From Methylococcales bacterium (GTDB lineage: Bacteria; Pseudomonadota; Gammaproteobacteria; Methylococcales; Methylomonadaceae), in contig CBDCZQ010000001.1 of assembly GCA_965224575.1 (NCBI GenBank), positions 94,798 to 158,797 on the forward strand: 64,000 nucleotides of DNA, given 5' to 3'. A program made the position numbers and the translations under genes. Positions within the stretch are counted from its first letter, which is position 1. Each line of letters opens with the position of its first letter. A model generated the notes under the pieces. It ran no database searches, was not told where the DNA came from, and saw only the letters and a program-made list of their open reading frames with translations. Shown piece by piece: positions 55,288 to 61,933 of this stretch.

Positions 55288-56676
55288 ATGAATAAAAAAT
55301 TAAAGTTATTTAATATTACAAAACATAGTCTGTTTTTGAGCTTGTTACTTTCGTCTAGCGTGCTGTTTGCATCTGAAACGAGCAGACTTTCTGATATTGC
55401 CCCACCATTTCAAGGTGATGATGAACTACCTAAGAGAACACCTCCTATTATTGAAATTGGTGATGCTTTTTTAGGAACAGGAAATATTTCGCCTGGTTTT
55501 ACTTTGCCTACGGGTGCAGTATGGCAACCACGTTTTTGGGTTTATGGACAGTTAAACTCTGCAGTTCAAGCATGGGATACGGGTGACGGTACTTTTAATG
55601 CAGAATGGGCAAATCGACTTGATCTTTTTGGTAATTTACAATTAACAGGGACAGAGAGAGTCGTTATTGGTATACAGCCATTACAAAGCAAGGGTGGGCA
55701 ACATACTGGGTATGAATTTGGCCCTGAAGATCGAGGTTTTGAAGGCGCGAATATTAATATTCGGACATTGTTCTTTGAAGGAGACTTTTCTGAATTATTT
55801 CCAAAACTTGACGTGAAAGATTTTTCATCAAATGATTTAGGTTTTTCAGTTGGTCGGCAAAGTATTTTGTTTCAGGATGGATTTATCATTAACGATATTG
55901 TTGATTCCATAGGTATTACCCGAAATAATCTCCGTTTTTCCAGTCTTCCCTGGTTAAGCAATGGACGTATTAGCGCGGTTTATGCTTGGAATGGTATTCA
56001 TCGGGATGATAATTTAGAAGATGAAAACGCTGATTTATTTGCTATTTTTTCTCAATGGGATACTACATTTAGTACTATTGATATTGATGTCGCTTATGTT
56101 AATACAGATGACGAATCGGGTGGAGATCTTCTGAGTGGAGGTATTAGTGGAGTGCAAAGGTTTGGTGGTCTTTCAACCACACTTCGAGCCTTAGGTTCGT
56201 GGGCACCTGATGGCAGGTCTCGTCAATCGGATAATGGCGCATTGTTTTTTGCTGAGGCTGCCTGGACACCAGCTTATAGTGTAAATCTAGCTTACTTAAA
56301 TGCTTTTGCTTCCATCAATAACTTTCGTTCAGCGGCTCGTGATGTAAGAACTGGAGGGCCACTTGGACGAACTGGATTGTTGTTTGCTGCTCGGTCAGTG
56401 GGTGCATTTCCACCTGCTTTAAGCAATAGAGCTGATAAGGCTTATGGAATTGCTGCTGGCTACCAGATGTTCTTTGACAATAATAGGCGCCAGTTTATTA
56501 TGGAAATAGGTGGTCGTGCTGATGACAGCAATGATACCACGGGAGCTGGAATAGCCGCACGTTTACAACAAGCAATAGGAAAAAGGTATATTGCTCAGGT
56601 TGATGGTTTTGGTGTTATTAGAGATGATACTGATCTTGGCTATGGTGTACGGTTTGAAATGACAGTTAAATTCTAA
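55288..56676 (+). CDS. Predicted outer-membrane beta-barrel (porin-like) protein
   Basis: Signal peptide ...SVLFASE. Alternating-hydrophobic strands with aromatic girdles, Gly-rich turns, and a C-terminal ...GYGVRFEMTVKF with terminal Phe. It lies 17 nt after the pentaheme gene. Confidence 0.65.
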   Translation: MNKKLKLFNITKHSLFLSLLLSSSVLFASETSRLSDIAPPFQGDDELPKRTPPIIEIGDAFLGTGNISPGFTLPTGAVWQPRFWVYGQLNSAVQAWDTGDGTFNAEWANRLDLFGNLQLTGTERVVIGIQPLQSKGGQHTGYEFGPEDRGFEGANINIRTLFFEGDFSELFPKLDVKDFSSNDLGFSVGRQSILFQDGFIINDIVDSIGITRNNLRFSSLPWLSNGRISAVYAWNGIHRDDNLEDENADLFAIFSQWDTTFSTIDIDVAYVNTDDESGGDLLSGGISGVQRFGGLSTTLRALGSWAPDGRSRQSDNGALFFAEAAWTPAYSVNLAYLNAFASINNFRSAARDVRTGGPLGRTGLLFAARSVGAFPPALSNRADKAYGIAAGYQMFFDNNRRQFIMEIGGRADDSNDTTGAGIAARLQQAIGKRYIAQVDGFGVIRDDTDLGYGVRFEMTVKF

Positions 56677-56691
56677 TTAAAATAGGTTGAT

Positions 56692-57954
56692 TTGATGAAT
56701 ACTGAGGGTTTAATCCAAATTGCAGGATTATGTATTAGTGGTTTAGTTTTGCTACAAGTTATTTTCCTCAGTTTTTCATCTTTACGTGCAGGGGTTTATA
56801 AGCGACGTCAATGGCAAACTGAATTATCTGTTCTTGAAAAGCAAATTTCGTTACATGCACTTAACCTTGATTTAGCAAAAAATAAAAGTAAAGGTGCGTG
56901 GGAGGGTTACAGAAAATTTACAATTTCAAAAAAAGAACATGAAAAAAAAAGTGGTATCTGTTCTTTTTATTTGAAACCACATGATGGAATGTCGATTCCT
57001 TCTTTTGAACCAGGACAATATTTATTTTTCAAGTTAAATCTCTCTACTGAAAAAAAACCTATTCTTCGTTGTTATTCTTTATCTGATAGCCCTTTAAATA
57101 AGGATTGTTATCGTGTAAGTATAAAAAAAGCATTGCCTCCAGGAGATAATTCAAATCTACCTAGTGGCATTTCTTCTAGTTATTTTCATGATAACTTGCA
57201 AGAGGGCGATATTGTTGATGTTAGAGCGCCAAGTGGTAAGTTTTATATAGATCTATTAAGTCATAAACCTGTAGTTCTTATTGGTGGAGGCGTTGGTATT
57301 ACCCCTGTGCTTAGTATGCTGAATGCACTTTGTGATATAAATTCTCAGCGAGAAATTTGGTTCTTTTTTGGAATTAGAAATGGTGATGAACATATTATGG
57401 AGTCACATTTCAAAGCGATTGAAGACAAATTCGATAATATCCATATTAATATTTGCTACAGTAGACCAACCGAGCAGGATAAAAAAGAGAAAAAATATCA
57501 TCATGCCAGTCGGGTAAATATTGACTTGTTAAAACAATTGTTACCTAGTAACAATTATGAGTTTTATTTTTGTGGGCCACCTCAAATGATGGATAGTTTG
57601 GAAACAGACCTTAAAACTTGGGGTGTCCCCAAATCCTCTGTTAATTTTGAGCGTTTTGGCAGCCCGTCAAAAAAAATAGTAGAAACTCTGGATAAATCAA
57701 TCCCCATCAATTTTAGTCGTAGTCAAAAAACTTTAAATTGGGATGGGGCGCAATCCTTACTTGATCTTGCGGAAGATAATAATATTGTCATAGACTCCTC
57801 TTGTAAACGGGGAATGTGTGGTTTGTGTCAAACTTCAATTAAATCTGGCTCTGTATTCTACGATGAAATACCTGAATATTTACCTGAATTGGAAGAGGGG
57901 TTGTGCTTACCCTGTGTAGCAAAGACTAAGGACAAACTGGAATTAGATGCCTGA
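56692..57954 (+). CDS. Membrane-anchored ferredoxin-NAD(P) reductase-like flavoprotein with a C-terminal plant-type 2Fe-2S domain
   Basis: N-terminal TM LIQIAGLCISGLVLLQVIFLSF. FAD motif RCYSLSD. NAD(P) motif GGGVGITPVLSM. FCGPPQMM. 2Fe-2S ligands CKRGMCGLCQ...CLPC. Confidence 0.8.
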   Translation: MMNTEGLIQIAGLCISGLVLLQVIFLSFSSLRAGVYKRRQWQTELSVLEKQISLHALNLDLAKNKSKGAWEGYRKFTISKKEHEKKSGICSFYLKPHDGMSIPSFEPGQYLFFKLNLSTEKKPILRCYSLSDSPLNKDCYRVSIKKALPPGDNSNLPSGISSSYFHDNLQEGDIVDVRAPSGKFYIDLLSHKPVVLIGGGVGITPVLSMLNALCDINSQREIWFFFGIRNGDEHIMESHFKAIEDKFDNIHINICYSRPTEQDKKEKKYHHASRVNIDLLKQLLPSNNYEFYFCGPPQMMDSLETDLKTWGVPKSSVNFERFGSPSKKIVETLDKSIPINFSRSQKTLNWDGAQSLLDLAEDNNIVIDSSCKRGMCGLCQTSIKSGSVFYDEIPEYLPELEEGLCLPCVAKTKDKLELDA

Positions 57955-57991
57955 TTCCTTAAATGTTAACTTAAAGAGAGAAATCAAGATT

Positions 57992-59011
57992 ATGAATATA
58001 TTAATTAGAAGGATTCAAAGTTTTTTTCTATTTTCTATGATAGCACTAAGCTTATTAAATCCCGCATTCTCAAAAGAGGTTTCTCCGGAAACGATGGCAA
58101 CTTTAGGACCTAAAGCTTGTGCAAATTGTCATAAATCTTCAATCCGAGCATGGAAACCAACCCATCACTTTAAAACTTTTAAAGCCTTAACAAGAAATAA
58201 AGAAGCAAAGGTCATTGCTAAAAAAATGGGTATTAAGCGAATGAAAAGCGGAAGTGATTGTTTGACTTGTCATTTCACCTCTAAACCGAAAAAAGGTAAA
58301 ACAAAAGTAGTAGCGGGTATCTCCTGTGAATCTTGTCATGGTCCAGCAAAAGGCTGGATGGATATTCATAGTGATTTTGGTGGAAAAGGAGTTAAAGCAG
58401 CGGATGAAACACCAGAGCATAAAGTTACACGCTTTGCTGAGTCAGTTAAAAACGGCATGATTAGACCTTCTAATTTATATGATGTAGGTAAAAACTGTTA
58501 TAGCTGCCATACAGTCCCTAATGAAAAACTAGTTAATACAGGTGGTCATACCGCAGGTAGTGATTTCGAATTGGTAAAATGGAGTCAAGGAGAAGTGCGT
58601 CATAATGTCTGGTATGACGATAAAGTGAATAACTCTCCAGCTGTAGAGCGCTTACGTATGATGTATATTATTGGTAAAGCATTGGATCTAGAATATGCAT
58701 TACGAGGACTTGCAAAAGCGACTGAAGAACAAACTTACTATACATCAATGGTTAAACGTCAACAAACTGCTTCAGCAGATTTACAGCAAGTCGCTGATAA
58801 ATTAAAAGTTGCTGAAATAACAGCCATCATAACTGCGGCTTCTAGTGCCGAGGTTAAAGTTAATAATTTAGATGCTCTAAATGGTGCAGCAGATAAAGTC
58901 GGTGCTGCTGCTCAGGCAGCCGCTAAGAAATTTGATGGTGCTCAGTTTGCAGCTATTGATGGTTTGTTACCTGCGGCAGCTGATTATAAGGGTGCAGTAT
59001 TTCAACCATAA
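57992..59011 (+). CDS. Periplasmic tetraheme c-type cytochrome with an Ala-rich C-terminal tail
   Basis: Signal peptide MNILIRRIQSFFLFSMIALSLLNPAFS. Four CxxCH motifs: CANCH, CLTCH, CESCH, CYSCH. The tail reads ...AAASSAEVKVNNLDALNGAADKVGAAAQAAAKKFDGAQFAAIDGLLPAAADYK. The ORF track starts at 57947, overlapping the previous gene. Confidence 0.85.
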   Translation: MNILIRRIQSFFLFSMIALSLLNPAFSKEVSPETMATLGPKACANCHKSSIRAWKPTHHFKTFKALTRNKEAKVIAKKMGIKRMKSGSDCLTCHFTSKPKKGKTKVVAGISCESCHGPAKGWMDIHSDFGGKGVKAADETPEHKVTRFAESVKNGMIRPSNLYDVGKNCYSCHTVPNEKLVNTGGHTAGSDFELVKWSQGEVRHNVWYDDKVNNSPAVERLRMMYIIGKALDLEYALRGLAKATEEQTYYTSMVKRQQTASADLQQVADKLKVAEITAIITAASSAEVKVNNLDALNGAADKVGAAAQAAAKKFDGAQFAAIDGLLPAAADYKGAVFQP

Positions 59012-59032
59012 ATTAAGATATTGTTTTTTGTA

Positions 59033-59118
59033 GGTTGGGCTAACAGCTCTATCGTTAACCCAACGACTTTATGTTATGTAAAGTTAGGTGTAAAAAAGAA
59101 ACAGCCCAACCTACAACA
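59033..59118. repeat. Partial BIME-like repeat
   Basis: GTAGGTTGGGCTAACAGCTCTATCGTTAACCCAAC (module 2, inverted) ... AACAGCCCAACCTACAAC. Confidence 0.7.
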
Positions 59119-59211
59119 ATCTCTTAGCATAATGCTAATCAGACTTTAGAGCTTTTGCTTGAGTCTACCTTACAGAAGCTTTGGTATTGAAAGAAAAATT
59201 TGTTTCACCTT

Positions 59212-59406
59212 AGGAGTGAGGATTTAATAATATCCGTATCTTGACGCAGGGTTTTAGTTCGTTTCAAGGCCTAGAAACGAGCGCATAGCAGGCTACGCAA
59301 CCGTTTCTACAACGCAGAAGACGAGCAAAAAGATTAGAAAATATTTAGCGATTCTTAATGCTTTAGTACAAATTAAGATACGGATATTATTAAATCCTCA
59401 CTCCTT
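59212..59406. repeat. MITE-like 195-bp element, relative of 42044-42203
   Basis: AGGAGTGAGGATTTAATAATATCCGTATC at 59212-59240 pairs with GATACGGATATTATTAAATCCTCACTCCT at 59378-59406. The internal ...GCGCATAGCAGGCTACGCAAC...AACGCAGAAGACG... is shared with the 42-kb copy. Confidence 0.8.
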
Positions 59407-59426
59407 AGGATTAAGTCAAGTAAATT

Positions 59427-61115
59427 ATGATTGATAAAGAAAAATGGTGGGACCCGAGAATGACAGAACAGGATATTAAGAATATCCTGTTCTGTGAAAT
59501 TTTCAATAAAATTGACCAAGATAAATTTCCATCAAGTCGTTCATTAGAAAGTATTATTTGTGAGCATACTCGTCTGGTTGATTTTAAAGCAGGGGAGGTG
59601 ATTGTTCGTGCTGGTGATTATGGTAATTCAGCTTTTTTAATTATTGATGGAAATGTTGACATTATTTTGCCAACTAATAGTTCGGATAAAATCTTTGGTC
59701 ATCCTGTTTCACAGCCGACTAATTGGTTTAAAGAAATAGCAAAATTGTGGAAAAACAGCGTTTACCCTGAGGTTAGAAATTACCAAAACAATGCATCAAA
59801 TACTTTAGATATTCAGGTTGACCATGATAGACACAGAGTCTTTATTAAGAATTATTCTAAAATAATAGAGCAGTTAAAAAAAAGTGTTATTAAAAGAACA
59901 TCAGGAGATATTACTGGTGAAATCGCAGCATTAAGCCGTTCCCCCAGAACGGCACATATCATAGCGTCTACAGACAGTCAGTTATTAGAAATTCGTTGGC
60001 AAGGTTTACATACATTGCGTAAGTTTAATGATGAATTTCGACAAAAAGTGGATATGCTTTATAGAAAGAACAGCCTGGATGCCTTACGTATATTACCTTT
60101 GTTTTCAAATTTAGAAAAACATGAACAAGATCAGGTTATTGAGCATTCGCTGTTTGAATCTTATGGTGAGTTTTCTTGGCAGGATGACTATAAAAAAGAT
60201 GTTGAGCAGGAATCTTCTGATTTATTAAAGAATGAAACTTTAATTGTTGCAGAAGGTGATTATGCCGATGGTTTATTATTTATACGTTCAGGTATTGCTC
60301 GTGTTAGTAATAAATACAATCATGGACATAGGGTTTTAAAGTATCTTAATAAAGGAGATGTTTTTGGCTTGGATGTGATGATACATAATTGGAAAAATAA
60401 GGACAGTATTCCATTGGCGACAAGTCTATATGCAGTTGGGTATACTGATGTTTTACGTGTTCCTTATCATATAATTGAACAATTTGTTTTACCTAAAATG
60501 TCATCCTCAGAAATAGATAAAAGCTTGTTGGAGCTTGAAACTATTTCTAGTGAAAATAAAGACTATGCAAAGGATCTGCGTATTTCAGATGGCATGTTAG
60601 ATTTTATGAGTGATTATCGCTACATAAATGGTTCAGCTAGTATGTTAATAGATCTGGATCGATGTATTCGGTGTGATGATTGCGTTAATGCTTGTGCTGT
60701 AGGGCATAATAATAATCCTCGTTTTAACAGGCATGGCCGGCGATATGATCATTTTATGGTAGCTAATGCTTGTATGCATTGCCATGATCCTGTTTGTATG
60801 ATTGGTTGTCCAACAGGTGCAATTCATCGAGAACCCAGTGGACAAATTGCCATTAATGATGATACCTGTATTGGTTGTAGTACCTGCGCCAATTCTTGTC
60901 CATATGACAATATCAGGATGATAAGTGCAAGGGATGAAATGGGAGAACTTATGACAGATGAAATGAGCCAGAAACCTGTCATAAAAGCAACGAAATGTGA
61001 TTTATGCGTCGATCAGATTGGTGGCCCTGCCTGTGTAAGAGCGTGTCCGCATGATGCATTAACTCGTATAGATTTTCTTGCTTTATCTACTTTAATTGAT
61101 AAGTGGGATCAATAA
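59427..61115 (+). CDS. Cytoplasmic fusion of two cyclic-nucleotide-binding (CAP-effector) domains and an NrfC/DmsB-type four-cluster FeS module
   Basis: cNMP domain 1: FKAGEVIVRAGDYGNSAFLIIDGNV...GDITGEIAALSRSPRTAHIIA. Domain 2: LIVAEGDYADGLLFIRSGIARV...GDVFGLD. Four Cys clusters: CIRCDDCVNAC, CMHCHDPVCMIGCP, CIGCSTCANSCP, CDLCVDQIGGPACVRACP. No Tat or Sec leader. Confidence 0.8.
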   Translation: MIDKEKWWDPRMTEQDIKNILFCEIFNKIDQDKFPSSRSLESIICEHTRLVDFKAGEVIVRAGDYGNSAFLIIDGNVDIILPTNSSDKIFGHPVSQPTNWFKEIAKLWKNSVYPEVRNYQNNASNTLDIQVDHDRHRVFIKNYSKIIEQLKKSVIKRTSGDITGEIAALSRSPRTAHIIASTDSQLLEIRWQGLHTLRKFNDEFRQKVDMLYRKNSLDALRILPLFSNLEKHEQDQVIEHSLFESYGEFSWQDDYKKDVEQESSDLLKNETLIVAEGDYADGLLFIRSGIARVSNKYNHGHRVLKYLNKGDVFGLDVMIHNWKNKDSIPLATSLYAVGYTDVLRVPYHIIEQFVLPKMSSSEIDKSLLELETISSENKDYAKDLRISDGMLDFMSDYRYINGSASMLIDLDRCIRCDDCVNACAVGHNNNPRFNRHGRRYDHFMVANACMHCHDPVCMIGCPTGAIHREPSGQIAINDDTCIGCSTCANSCPYDNIRMISARDEMGELMTDEMSQKPVIKATKCDLCVDQIGGPACVRACPHDALTRIDFLALSTLIDKWDQ

Positions 61116-61933
61116 TGAATTATTCTGGGCGTCGCATTCAAAATAGTTTGTTAAGCATTGCACTAACTGCTGTTTTACTTATTTTTTTAAAAATATATGG
61201 GATTCCTTTATATCGAATGCAAGTCTGGTCAGGCTGGATTCTTTTTACCTTAATTTTATTGCTGCTAATTTATAATATTAGGAAGAAACTTTCGATGTTA
61301 CCTTTAGGAAGGGCTGCATTTTGGTTGCAGTGTCATGCTTATTTGGGCTTAGTAACATGTGTTATGTTTATCCAGCATATTAACTTTCGGTTTCCCAGTG
61401 GAAATTTTGAAATTCTATTTTCTAGCGTTTTTATTTTTACTGCTTTTACTGGAATATTTGGCTTGATACTGTCTAGAGTTGTCCCTAAATATTTATCAAG
61501 CAGAGGGGAAGAGGTAATTTTTGAGCGTATTCCAATATTTACTGTTAAGCTTAAAGATCAATCTCAAGCACTCATTAAAGAGTGTGTGAGTGCAACAAAA
61601 TCAAAAGTATTATTTGATTATTATCAGCAACATTTATTTGAATATTTTTGTGAACCAAAAAATATTTTTTTTCATTTAATAGGGTCTAATTCAGCATGGA
61701 ATAAAATGCTTATTAAACACCGTACTTTTGATCGGTTTTTAAGTGATGAAGAGAATGAATATGCTGATAAATTACTCATTTTAATGCGACAAAAGAACGA
61801 CCTTGATTACCATTATGCTCTTCAAGGTCTATTAAAAGCCTGGACTTTTTTGCATTTTCCCCTGAGTTTTGCACTGTTGGTTTTATCCCTACTCCATGTG
61901 GCATTGGTTTATGCTTTTGTCGGAGGTATTTAA
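61115..61933 (+). CDS. Polytopic inner-membrane protein (about 5 TM, conserved-looking His in TM segments), unknown family
   Basis: TM segments include AAFWLQCHAYLGLVTCVMFIQHI and FLHFPLSFALLVLSLLHVALVY. The ATG at 61115 overlaps the upstream TAA (TAATG), and its own TAA overlaps the next ATG (TAATG at 61931-61935). The ORF track starts at GTG 61103. Confidence 0.65.
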   Translation: MNYSGRRIQNSLLSIALTAVLLIFLKIYGIPLYRMQVWSGWILFTLILLLLIYNIRKKLSMLPLGRAAFWLQCHAYLGLVTCVMFIQHINFRFPSGNFEILFSSVFIFTAFTGIFGLILSRVVPKYLSSRGEEVIFERIPIFTVKLKDQSQALIKECVSATKSKVLFDYYQQHLFEYFCEPKNIFFHLIGSNSAWNKMLIKHRTFDRFLSDEENEYADKLLILMRQKNDLDYHYALQGLLKAWTFLHFPLSFALLVLSLLHVALVYAFVGGI

